A DNA stretch of 64,000 bases. It comes from Neophaeotheca triangularis. Its lineage: Eukaryota. This document shows positions 23,224-35,446 of the stretch, piece by piece (positions within the stretch are counted from its first letter, which is position 1; each line of letters opens with the position of its first letter). A program made the position numbers and the translations under genes. The stretch covers positions 372,001 through 436,000 of the forward strand of contig BAAIJX010000011.1 of assembly GCA_054600435.1 (NCBI GenBank). Direction: 5' to 3'. The notes beneath the pieces were generated by a model, which made no database searches, was not told where the DNA came from, and saw only the letters and a list, made by a program, of their open reading frames with translations.

Positions 23224-24888
23224 TCATCCGGGCTGTGAAATTGGATGGAAGTAACTCTCGTCCAGCACTTGGTACATGACTTCTTCAGACCCCCGGCAAA
23301 GCTTTCGCCATGTGTAGAAGCCTCCAGTGTCGCTCCACGCACCAGTTCGGCCGCGCATGCTGATCTCATCGGCGTCTTCGGGTTCGGCGTTGTACCAGAG
23401 CATGCCTGCAATCTGCTCCTCGGAGATCATCCTTGTATCTTGTTGGCTGCTAGCCTGACGCAGCGCTTCGGCTTCTGCCTGGAACCACAGCTTCTGCCAC
23501 CACAATTGCCGCAATCCCTTTTCGCCAGTGAAGTGCATCGCGACCGGCGCTTCATTCGTTATCGCGTTGTAAAGCAGTTCCACGTCCTCCCACCCTACTT
23601 TGTGGTTACCCTGAGGGTCCGCAAGTTGTCGAGCTTCGAATGGGCGCTGAGAGTCGCGAATGTCCTGCGCCAGCTCGAACTCGTACGGACTACCCGCGGT
23701 GTTGGTGTAGTTCAGATCTCCCTGGAGGCCGCGAACGTGGACCGAGTCGACTGGCCTCATCCAAGCAAGGTATTGCTTCCAAAAGGCAAGTGTCTGAAAG
23801 ATGCTAGACTTGTAATCGATTCCAATGTGATACTCGGTCCTGTCGGTCTCCAAGGGAATCGAGGGAACGTTCCTGATCACTTGAACAGAATCATTGCCAA
23901 TTTCGTTCCCGTACCGCACTTGCTTGTACTCTTCCATGAGTTCTGGCTTTTGAGTAAGCCTGGCGTAATTTTGCGCCCCAAAAAGCTCGGCGAAGTAGAA
24001 CTGGTCAGAGTCTGTCGTGTGATTGACATGAATTAGGTCCAACGTATCCCTGAACAGGTCTCTCATATCTTGCACTGGCCCCATGATCGTTCCAGAGTTC
24101 AGCCATTTCGGCATGTGCTGCTCCTCTTTGCTGCCTGCTGTCCTTGGGCCGAAGGCGTAACGTGGGAGGTTGAATGCTTGAGGCACTGCCCAGCAGGCGG
24201 GTCTACTAAAATCAATCGGCCAACAGATTTTGTCTGGGCCGAAGATTATCGTCTGCCTCATATCGTGCGCCTCGAAAATCTCAGCTCCGAACTGAGCTGC
24301 TGTGTGTTCATCTGCTTCTCGGTTGAGAGCATAATATCTCTTGATCAGCACGTCGGGCCGTAGTTGGAACCAGAGATCGTAGCCATCCACAATGAAGACC
24401 AAGTCTTCGCCATACTCGCTGCTTGTCTCCAACTGATCCAAATAGCCCAATATTCCCTCTACCTTTGCCAAGTGCTGGACGTAGGCATTCTCCTCTTCTG
24501 CGTCGCCGAAATTGATAAAGACGGGAGTAGGATAGCCCAGGATTTGCGCCGATAAAAGAAGCTTGCAAAGGTCCTCGTTGCTACTCGTCGCGGGTATGAG
24601 AAGGTGGAGACGACCCTTGTGAGGATGCGCCGAGTTGGTGTTGCTGGGAATCGAGGTGATGGCGTCCTTGAGCGCACCGGCACCGTCTAATGTAGCATCC
24701 TTTGCTTTGTTGACATCCTGGCTGACCGCGGCGGGGCCGCGAAGCGCGACAAAGGTAAGCGAGACGCCAATGAGGATAGCTACGGCGACGGCAGCCCGCA
24801 CGAGTTTCGAAGTCGCTATTCTCTTTAGCGTGCTCTCATGCGGACCAAATCTGCCAGAAGTCGAGAAGCGTTCCTTCAACGAAAGCAT
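23224..24888 (-). CDS. Type II membrane PLOD/LH3-like glycosyltransferase, paralog C
   Basis: Intronless, ATG at 24888. TM AAVAVAILIGVSLTFVAL; motifs IVDGYDLWFQ, IIFGPDKICWP, WLNSGTIMG, DSDQFYF, GIDYKSSIFQTL and MHFTG. Confidence 0.82.
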   Translation of the reverse strand: MLSLKERFSTSGRFGPHESTLKRIATSKLVRAAVAVAILIGVSLTFVALRGPAAVSQDVNKAKDATLDGAGALKDAITSIPSNTNSAHPHKGRLHLLIPATSSNEDLCKLLLSAQILGYPTPVFINFGDAEEENAYVQHLAKVEGILGYLDQLETSSEYGEDLVFIVDGYDLWFQLRPDVLIKRYYALNREADEHTAAQFGAEIFEAHDMRQTIIFGPDKICWPIDFSRPACWAVPQAFNLPRYAFGPRTAGSKEEQHMPKWLNSGTIMGPVQDMRDLFRDTLDLIHVNHTTDSDQFYFAELFGAQNYARLTQKPELMEEYKQVRYGNEIGNDSVQVIRNVPSIPLETDRTEYHIGIDYKSSIFQTLAFWKQYLAWMRPVDSVHVRGLQGDLNYTNTAGSPYEFELAQDIRDSQRPFEARQLADPQGNHKVGWEDVELLYNAITNEAPVAMHFTGEKGLRQLWWQKLWFQAEAEALRQASSQQDTRMISEEQIAGMLWYNAEPEDADEISMRGRTGAWSDTGGFYTWRKLCRGSEEVMYQVLDESYFHPISQPG

Positions 24889-26327
24889 CACCTCTCCTAT
24901 GCCTGTCCCTCAAGGCATCAATGGAAGTGGTTTGCTGCGTTCCGCTTGCGCTCGGGGGTGGAAGAAGGCAGTAAGTTGGCCGGGAACAATAAGGATGACA
25001 AGAGTAATAAGACAGCAGCGCGATGGTTTTGAGGAGCGTTGTTGAAAGTCGGGCGAGGATCGGCGAAGAAGCTGAAAGTCTAGGTATGTGAACTGAATCG
25101 CGATGAAGTCAATAAATTTAAAGCCCGCCCAAGGGAGGGAGGATTTGGCAACCTAGCCGTTCCGCGGATCGTTTATTCTAGGAGAGCCTTGCCGAAAGCA
25201 GTCGACAGGCTGCGAGGCTGCAAGACACAGGGAGGCGCAAATTGGGTTAAAACTTAACAGAGATTGCCCAGGAGCAAGGCCAGGTAACTAGCATAAATAG
25301 GCATAAGTCAAATCACTGCCTACCTCCTATACTGGTAAGGCCGGGCATTGCAGTTCTTGGCGTCGGACTACAACAGCTCTGGGCTGGCATGATTCGTGAA
25401 GGGTACCTCAAGGTACAGTACCCGACAGTAGTAAGTCTTTGCCATAGGTTTGGTCTAAAGTCGCCTTGCCTAAGCCTCTTGTGAGTCTTGTCGGCTGGCG
25501 GATCATCATGGGCGGTTTCTACTTACTAACGTTAGTCACGGACTTGTTCGATCACGTTATCCTGCCTGCACTGCCTGCTAGACTGCCACCCGCCACCCGC
25601 CGTCGCACCTCATCTTAATCATGAATGTCGTTTTCATGTCGACTTTACATTAATAAACGTCAAGTCAAGGAATGACATGACGACTGTCACAACGCTTCTC
25701 ACCTACTCTAAGGGGAGGCAGGGCCCGTGTTACTGTTCGGCAGTCATCTCCAACAGGTAGGTAGGAGGGTACCTTGCCTCAGGAGGTAAGGGAGGACCAA
25801 TAATAATACTCGACCGGACGGATCTATACAGGTTCATACAAACGAGACAGCGCTGCATTAAGGCTGGGGTACGAAAGCACTCCAGGATACCTACACAAGG
25901 GGTTAGATAGGTAAGCAAGGTAAAGAAAGTGACAATAATCTGTGAAGCTGCAGGTGGCTGAAACCAATTCAAACGCTGCCCACGCACTCTCCCGTCTGCT
26001 GTCTCTCTCTCTCTCTTCTCTCTCTCTCCGGCCAGTCGTTGCCCAGCTGCAGCGAATCAGGCCGGCTACCCCACACCCCACCTGCCGCAAGCGTCCATCG
26101 GGCGTGGTCGAGCCCCTTCGGCTGTTTGGAAGTTGAACTCCTAACAATAATAATAATCATGGTACCTACCTGATCAACATTCACAGCTTCGTGCATGCTA
26201 CTGGCGACAGTCACCCTACCATTGAGATAGCAGCAATCTACCATACTATACCGCACTTGCAGCCGCGCCTTCTGGGAACAGCTCTACACCGGAGCTCAAG
26301 CGCGCTCTCCCAGCGCTGTGAGGCGCA

Positions 26328-27619
26328 ATGGCGTTTCTTTTCGGCAGAAACAAACAACGGTCCGCCCAGGACCTGGTCAAATCTACCAAAGAGCAACTCC
26401 AAAAGCTCGTCAAGGATGATGGCCAGACTGCCAAAGTATGCTAGCTTTAGCATCATCTTCGCGATCGTGTGTGCTGACCAGCAACCCATTCAGACTGAAG
26501 AGGACCTTTCCCGCTCCCTGTCACAGATGAAAGTCACGCTTCAAGGCACGCCCGAACTCGAAGCGCAACCCGACCAAGCCTTCGCACTAGTCTCCCAGAT
26601 CCTAAACGACTCGCTGCTCCCGCTACTTGTTGCCAACATCTCAGATTTACCCTTCGAAGCGCGCAAAGATACCCAAACCATCATTTCCAATGTCTTCCGG
26701 TTTAGGAACCCAGGCTCTACAGCGAGTGAGCCCGACGCACTTCGAGAGGTACTTAGCCGGCAGCCTGAGATCATCGTCGCCCTGTGCAACGGCTACGAGA
26801 AGAGGGAGAGTGCGAGCCCATGTGGTGGAATTCTGAAAGAAGCCTTGAAGTGGGATGCCGTGGCTGCAGTGATACTTTACGACGAACCGCGTAACGACGG
26901 AAAATTCATCGACCTGGGCGAGATTGACATCTCCAAGCCCTCGTCGGGTCGAGGAGTCTTTTGGAAGTTTTTCGACTGGATCGACAAGTCTAGCTTCGAA
27001 GTCTCGGCGGATGCTTTTGACTGCTTCCGCTTGATCTTGACCAAGCACAAGCAGCTCGTCTCGCAGTACATATCCGTCAACTTCGACATGTTCTTCGACA
27101 AGTATAACAACATATTGATCAAGTCGGAGAGCTACGTGACCAAGAGGCAGAGCATTAAGCTGCTTGGCGAAGTGCTGTTGGATCGTCAATTCTACGAGGT
27201 CATGACGAGATATGTCGACTCTGGAGAGAACCTCAAGTTGATCATGTGGCAATTGAAAGACGACCGGAGAATGGTGCAGTATGAAGGCTTTCACGTTTTC
27301 AAGGTAGGTGACAAGCGCGGCTCGGCGTCTCTGGTGCATTGACAAGAGCTCGTGGCTAAGCGAACGTTCGTCACAGATATTCGCTGCAAACCCCAACAAG
27401 TCACCCGAGGTCGAAAAGTTCCTCATCATGAACAAGCAGCGACTGCTCCGCTTCCTGCCGCGGTTTCTTGAGGACAGAACCGAAGACGACCAGTTCAACG
27501 ACGAGAAAGCATGGCTGGTCAAGGCAATTGGCAACTTGCCAGACAACACCAACGCGGTGCGTTCTCCGGGTGCCAGCGATGGCGAGAAGCAACTCAACAG
27601 CGCCCAGGTGCGATCGTGA
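26328..27619 (+). CDS. HYM1: MO25/HymA scaffold protein
   Basis: Start MAFLFGRNKQRS; introns at 26436-26493 and 27304-27376. Motifs LPFEARKD, FEVSADAF, YVTKRQSIKLLGEVLLDR, YEGFHVFK/IFAANPNK and DDQFNDEK. Confidence 0.93.
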
Positions 27620-29077
27620 GTCGTGACGCAGTGACGCAGTGAGGCCGTTTGTTCTTTTGGTTATGCGCTTTTGCGACGGCGTTGGTGGGCAATGAGAAGC
27701 TGCTGAGTCTTTGAACGATGAAGCATATATACCATCGGCGTAGATGGAGGGATCACGAGGCGCTGATATTGTTGGAGCGGTGCCTTATCACTTACCACGG
27801 TTAAAGCATCACTCGGGCATTGGGACGGCGATACTGGGACAGTCGGGGAGCAAACACTCGGTAGGATAGCGAGAGGATCTCAGAAAGATCCAAGCCAACG
27901 ATCGAACAACTGCTATGAGGTACTTTCAAGGAACGGCGCAACAGAGGTTCTGCCCGTCGTATTGATTCCGTTCTCATTGCATGGCTTGAAAGGCAAGTTT
28001 CCGTTAGGTCCTCGTTCGAGCGAGCATGGCAATGTAGGTAGGCAATGCGATGTCGTGCTAAAGGGATGTCCATGGTCGGCCCCTGCTTGGAAGATAATTG
28101 AGATGCACAGCGCTAGAAATACTACCCCTTGCATGACACTTCTCCGATTTACAGCCGCGACAGCCCGTCCTTTCGGATCGTGTGAAGGCATTTCCCGAGC
28201 ACTGACTGAGTCGAGTGCCAAGCGGCGTGTTCATATCTTCACCACTTGCACCTACACAATAATAATTCCTAGGTACTCTGTGATATTATATGCTTTGCTC
28301 TGTGCACCAGGACTAGTCATGGGTTGTGGCTCTCGGCGGGTTTACGAGGCGAAAGACAGAACGACTTATCACAAGTGCCTACAGTAGATAAAGGGCAAAG
28401 ATTGTGGCGTTCATGTAAGAGACCCGAGATTCTCCAGTATCCTCGATACAGTAGGTATGTTATGTGGCTCCCAGCTCCAGAGGATTAGATGAGTTTTATC
28501 CATCTCAGAACCTTGTAACAAATGCTGTATATACGTAGTACACACACCCGTGGACGTCAGGGTCCGCTCCCTCTCCCGCCGCCAGCCCAGCCCTAGTATA
28601 CATAGGTAAAGGTACCTAGGTAGTACCCGTGGACCTAAAAGACGAAGATCCGGTCGACGTCATACTGCATTCACACACAGGGCACCCGACCTAAGTTGCT
28701 AAGGTAGGTACCTGGTAAGGTAACTTACGGTACTTCCACGCAGCATGGATCTTTGCCTTGAGAACTCTCATACTGCAATAATAACCTACGACTACACTAG
28801 TACTCTCTACTCTTGACTACTGACTGCCTCCGACTGCTACTACTGACTACTGCCTGCACTGCGCAAGATTCATCCCGTCGCTCTCAGGCCTTCTGCTGCT
28901 GCAACACCTCCTTCCTTACCTAGGTACTGCTGATTCGCCTAACCTATCGTGCTTTTTCTGTTCCTGAATAGCATTCCGTCTGCCCAAACAAGCCCGCCAG
29001 ACCAAAGCCTTGCCGACACCACCGCTTAGTCCAACATCTCGTTGTCCTTGTCTGCCTCGCCTCGGCTGTACACTCCT

Positions 29078-29190
29078 ATGCCCTGTCGATCTGGAGCACG
29101 ACGCCCATGAGGTCCTTCAACGTGGCTGACTACGCGCCTCCCGACTCCTGTTGGCGCTGTACCTCCCACAGACGGCGCCCTACGCCATGA
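29078..29190 (+). promoter_or_regulatory. Two chained uORFs overlapping the histidine kinase start
   Basis: uORF1 at 29078-29110 (MPCRSGARRP*) and uORF2 at 29107-29190 (27 aa). Each stop overlaps the next ATG as ATGA. Confidence 0.55.
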
Positions 29191-32100
29191 ACCCGCACCC
29201 GCCAAAGTCACCCGCTAGTCGAGAATCCGACAACGACGATGCCGACCAAGCCGGCCAGTATTCAAACAAAAGACCACCTGCGCCCACAAGGTCATCTGCT
29301 GGGAGTGCAGGGCGACCAACTCTCATGAGGTCACCACCTGGTCGTCTGTCCCAGATCACGAGGTCTCCGGACGAGGGCGAAAGATGTCCGTCTACAGCGA
29401 CAGATCAGGGAGCTGCTGGCGATGGGGCCAACGAAAGTGAAGTTGCGCGCCAGGCAGGCAAGACTACCGGAAATGACAAGCAAAAAGGCAGGGCCCAAGA
29501 CGCCTCAACAGCTGAGGGAGACATTGCTAAGCTTAGAGATGCAGTGAACGCGAGGCTCATGATGCAGCAACGACAGCGGTCAAGCTACGGCTCAGCCGGT
29601 TCGGGCCATACCACGCGCGTGTCGCCGATCAAGGAGGAAGATTCTGCTACCATGTCGCCCTCGCTCACAGCGGCTTTCGCGAGCCCAGGCGATGTGCCTC
29701 CAGTGAAGACTTCTTCTTCGATGTCCACCGAATCCACCGAAAGCGCCAAAACTATTCGCGGTTCTGTCCCTGGAACACCCGCAGCAAATGCGCCCTTACG
29801 TACACCTTCTTATCCTTTCCCATATGTGCCAGGCACTCCACGAAGCTGGCCGTCACAGTTCCATCAGCCCTTTACAAACTTGTCGCCCACGGTCACTGCG
29901 CGGCCCAGTGGCGACCGAGATACGCCCGGAGCAAGTAGTGGTCTTATGTCAGGAGGTACCACTCCCGGTGCTGCTGCCGCGGCTTTTATGCCTGGTAGCG
30001 CCACCTTTCAGCCGTCTGAAGATCCTCGATATCCAACGCCAAATATCTACGACATGGTGTTGAGACTCAACTGCGAACCCGGTCTCGAGGCTTGGTGGGC
30101 TATGGTGACGAATCTGATGCATGATGATTACAAGGCGGAACGAGTGACTTTGGTCATGCCTGCTGACCCTACAGACATTGAGAACGTACCGTGGGGACAG
30201 AAGGCTACATTCAGTATGAATGGCCCGGAAGAGTTTGTGCCACCCCGATACACGTCAGATCAGCGCTCTACTCGGCCGCAGCCAGTCCGGCCAGATCTCA
30301 CACTGAGGGAGCCATCCACCGAGATGTCGGATGTAAGCCCGCAGAAATTACACCCCGAAAGGTTGCGTCCGGGCTTGCAAGCGCGACACTCGTATGCCGG
30401 CCACGGCCGACCGCCAGCTCGCGACGTGAGCAACGAAGTTTCCGAAAAGTCCGCAGCTAGACCACTTGGCCCACAGCGCATGGCAACCCATCACGTAGGA
30501 ATGAAAGGCGATGCCCCGCCTGCGACGAATCTAACACGAATGCTTCCTTCTCAGCAAAGCATTCGCCATACATCACTCAGCGATCCCGAATTTAGCACCG
30601 TTGCCGGCGAGAGAGACGCCGGCCCGTACGCTGAGATGTTTTCATCGTTGCGTGCGCTCAATCACGAGACTCGGCCTTTGATTGAACCAAGTGGAGTCAA
30701 CCGCGTATTGGAGAGAGGGCGTGTAGTTACCGTTACGCGAGACTACGTTGCTGAGAGTTCAGATTCAAGCAATGGTACTAGTTCCGCCGGAGGCGGCAGC
30801 GATGCAGGCTTGACAGATGCTTCCAGAAGATCGGAGCTAGATGCCAAGCAACCGTTTTTCAGCAATTATCGAGGCGTATTCACGGCCGAGAACCGGTTGG
30901 AGATGAGACGTGATTATGAAGAATACGAACAGCAACCTGCCTCTCCTTGGGCCCAATCTCCAGCTCCGTCTCCAGCGATACAAGCAGATGAAGAGAGGAA
31001 TCCCTTCTTCGCATCTGAAGAACAACACGTCGAAGAGTCTTTCAATCCGGAGGGGACACCCAAGGATTATTCCCAGTACGGACAGGTGGAAGCGATTGGC
31101 ATCGACCGAGCAAGCACTGTGATACATGTGCCGCTGGTGCACCCAACTCTATCTCAACCGATGCAGTCACTCCGCATGAGCACGCAGCAGGAAGAATCCT
31201 CTGAGATACCCCCTCGCAACGATACACTGGACTATGAGCGACGGGCTCCAATTGCGGTGCTATCTATCCTAAGCTCAACTGTACCTTACCCACAAAATCT
31301 CACGCACTCTCTTAAGCTTCTGGGACCCCACCTCGCAACGTCCTTTGCAACTTCTCAACAATTCTCGACCGCGAGCCAACAGCAACTCAGCATTCGCCAC
31401 CGCCGCACGACATCGGGCCACCCAGCCAGTTCGGCGCCAATGACTATAGAGCCCACCACGCTTGATGACATCGTCAATGCGGAACTTGGCGAGCCTTCCG
31501 GATCCATGTCAGGGAGTATAACGAGCCCTTCCGACTACTCTGGCAAATCGCGCTATAGCCCGAACAACTCGTTAGTGGGTACCCCTGGCTGGGATCCTGC
31601 TTCTTATGGATGGACCCGATCAGTGACAGGGACCCCGGCAAACAATACCTCTGAGATGGTGGATAGCTACTTTGATGCCAAGAAGCGGACTGGCCAGCGC
31701 CCTGCTAGTGGCACTGCCCCCGGTTCTTCGGCGGCTCAAGTAACCCCAGCGAAACAGGCAAGAAGAGCGCCGAGTCAAGAAGATTCATCGCGAGCGAATA
31801 AGCAATCGAGCGAGGAGCCATTCAGGGCACAGGGGAGTGAACGAAAGACACGAACTCTTTCTTACAGCAAGGAAGAGAATGCGTCTTTGCGGAACGTGCT
31901 CGCCACAGAAAATAGCCCGACGCAAGCTGCTGAGTCCGGGCATCCATCCAAATCGGCGATGAGACAGACGATGTTACCTGCATCAGCCGCTAACGACCAC
32001 AAACACTCCCTCCTTCATTCATATGGAGCGGATTATGCAACTTCTTTCGGTTCTGTACCCAATCCCAACGTGGCTCCACTCGCGTCGCCCCGCACTGTCC

Positions 32101-35100
32101 ATGGAAGGAAATCTTCACATTCGGAGTCCACTGACATGCCGCCACCCTCTGAGCGACTCCTACGAACCATTATCGACTCCTTGCCTGTCCAGATCTTTAC
32201 GGCTGCGCCCGAAACCGGGAAAATGACCTGGGTCAACTCGAAATTTTTGATATATCGAGGACAAGAGTCCCGCCAAGTCTTGAGCGAGCCGTGGGAAGCC
32301 ATTCATCCCGAGGATCGAGACGAGTACATGAATTCATGGAATCGATCTTTGCGCACTGGGCAACAACTGCAGCAGAAAGTTCGGCTCCAGCGCTTCGACG
32401 GCAGCTATCGTTGGTTCTATGTCCGCGCAGCACCGCTCAAGGACAAACGCCAGCATATCGTGCACTGGATTGGTACAAACATGGACTTTCACGAACAGCA
32501 TATTGCAGAGACCAATTCTGCCAGACAACAAGAGACAGCGGCTTCGGAAGCCAAATACCGTGCACTTGCCAATTCGAGCCCGCAGATTGTCTTTGCGGTC
32601 AACAAATCCGGAGGAATCACCTTCTGCAATACTCAATGGTTCTATTACTCCGGTCAGACCGAAGCTGAAGCCTTGGGCACGGGGTTCATGGATTATGTCC
32701 ATCCAGACGATCTGGTAAAGTGCCGGTTGCCATCGTTCCAAGATGGATCCAACGAGGCCACCAACGTCCCGACTTCGATACCCACCGAGCTCAGAAGACG
32801 CAAATCACTGTCTCAAGCATCTTCAAGTGGTTCTTCAGAAACTGAAAAGGGCGCAATGTCCAGCTCTGATTCATCAAGCTCGCCGAGTGTGCAAATGCCT
32901 CAGCGTAAGCTGTCTGAGCTTGCAAGTACCGGCATTCTCAAGGTATCTCGAGATGCCGATGGCAGACCTTCGTACTCGACTGAGGTACGCTTGAAGTCCA
33001 AAGAAGGCGAGTTCAGATGGCACCTTGTCCGCGTGCTGCTTGCAGAGCCACTCGTGCAGGCTCACAACGAGGAGGAAACATGGTATGGTACCTGCACGGA
33101 CATCAACGACCACAAGACTCTAGAGCGTGACTTGAAAGAGACCATGGACGAGAAGTCTCGGTTTCTATCAAACATGTCTCACGAGATTCGCACGCCATTG
33201 AACGGGATAACGGGCATGGTCAACTTTCTCATCGACAGCAGCCTCAGCTCTGAGCAAATGGAGCATGTCAACATCATTCGTGCAAGCACGGAGGGCCTTC
33301 GAGGACTGATCAACGATATCCTCGATCTCTCCAAAGCCGAGGCCGGTATGATCCAGCTCAACATGGATTGGCTGCATGTACGCTCTCTTATTGAGGAAGT
33401 CAATGACTTGACGTCTGCAATGGCCATCGATAAGGGCTTGGAGCTGAATTACCTAGTCGATGAAGATGTCCCGGCCATGATCAAGGGCGATCGTTTCCGC
33501 ATTCGCCAGATCTTACTCAACGTCATAGGCAACGCTATCAAATTCACAATAGAGGGCGAAGTTTTTGTGCGCTGCAGCACATTCACAGATGAGGATGAGC
33601 CACCATCGAAGCGCGAGATCTGCATCAAGTTCGAAGTCATTGACACGGGACGCGGCTTTACCGACCGAGAAGCACAACACCTCTTCAAGCGCTTCAGTCA
33701 AATCGACGGCAGCAGTACTCGACAGCACGGTGGCACTGGTCTTGGTCTCGTTATTTCACGCCAATTGGCCCAATTACATGGAGGCGACATGAGTGCCAAA
33801 GGCGTTCCAGGCAAGGGGGCAACGTTTACCTTTTTGATCAAAACAGCACTGCCATCAAAGACTGATATGCCACCAAAACCTCCGCCTACTCCAGGGCCAG
33901 GGGCGATGCTGGATACACCTGCAACTGTTCCAGCGATTCCGCCAATCACTGGTGGGAAGATCCCGACCCCTCCAGGTATCACGTCTAGGGCAGCTTCATT
34001 ATCTAGTCAGTCTCCTGGCAACGAACAAATCTCGCCTAGGACGATCGACGAGCAGTTGATTCGTACTGCCTCTCCTTCTATTGCTTCTCCAGACGCGGCT
34101 CGCGGTTCTCCAGCAATGTCTTCAGCAAGTTCGGACCCATCGGTGCGGTCACTCGCTCGTACAAGTATTCGGTCCGAACGGTCTTCAGCATCCTCGCTCC
34201 AAGTAGAGGCCACCGTCGCCAACCCGCCTATGAAGTTATCGCTCCCGAGCAGCCCTCGCCTGTCGCAGTCGGAAACTCCAGGGTCTTTGTCGACGGGTTC
34301 CATCGAGTCTGGGACATCGCAGGACACTGTAAGACCCCTTTCGCCTAAAGAAGGCAAAGTTTTGTCCCCTGGAGGATCAAGTCTGGTACCCCCGATGTAC
34401 TCGATCCTCGTGGTCTGCCCCCTCAGGTACAGCCGAGATGCCACGGTTCAGCACATTGAAAAGACACTGCCCAAAAGCATTCCCCATCAGATCACAGCCC
34501 GCGAGACTTTGGCCGAATGTCAAGATATGATTGGCGGCGAAGATCCCGTCGTTTTTTCGCACGTCGTCGTCGTGCTTCAAGATGTTAGGGAAATCGCAGC
34601 TCTGATGGACAAACTTCTGTCCTCGCCATCCCATTCTACCACCACCATTGTCATCATCACCGATCTTTCGCAGCGCCGCAGGATCATGGAGCAAGCGAGC
34701 TCAAAGCACGACTACGATGCCCTCATCGACATTCGGAGGTTGCGCTTTGTCTTCAAACCCCTGAAACCCTCTCGCTTTGCCGTCATCTTCGATCCACGAA
34801 AGGAAAGGGAAATGAGTACTGACCGCAACCAAGACAGCGCACAGCAAGTTGCCACCAGCCAGAAGCAAGTCTTTGACGAACTCACTCTCAGACTGCGCGA
34901 CAAAGGCAAGCGCGTGTTACTGGTCGAGGACAATAAGGTCAATCAAATGGTGCGACTCTCGGCTTCCCTCGTCAGCTTACTCTCCCAATTCCTCGGTGCT
35001 AACACAAACGATACTAGGTGATCCTCAAATTCCTCTCCAAAGTCTCAATCCCTGTCGAAACAGCCCTCGACGGCGTACAGTGCACGGACAAAGTCTTCTC

Positions 35101-35446
35101 TCACCCGCACGACTACTACTCCATCATCCTCTGCGACCTGCACATGCCCAATAAAGACGGCTACCAGACGTGCAAGGAGATTCGCAGCCGGGAGCGCGCC
35201 GAGAACTATGCGCACGCCCCCATCATCGCCCTCTCGGCCAACGTCCTGGGCGATGTCTACCAAAAGTGCGTCGAAGCAGGTTTCAACAGTTACATGACCA
35301 AGCCGGTCGACTTCAAGGAGCTTAGCAATGTGCTCATGCGGTTTATGGATCCTGTGGAGCCGGGGAAGCCACATGAGTTCATGAAGGCTGCGAAGAGGGG
35401 TTCGCATAAGGGCAGTGGGGGGAAGAAGGGGGCCGGGTCTAGTTGA
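29187..35446 (+). CDS. Hybrid histidine kinase PAS-PAS-HisKA-HATPase-REC (group V / PhkB-like)
   Basis: Two PAS domains (WEAIHPEDR, MDYVHPDD), H-box FLSNMSHEIRTPLNG, N-box ILLNVIGNAIKFT, G-boxes DTGRG and GGTGLGL, and receiver VLLVEDN...ILCDLHMPNKDG...TKPV. Intron at 34950-35017. Confidence 0.92.

Noticed and set aside
26647..27597. 316-aa minus-strand ORF
   Set aside because: It is antisense to HYM1 and has no independent coding features.
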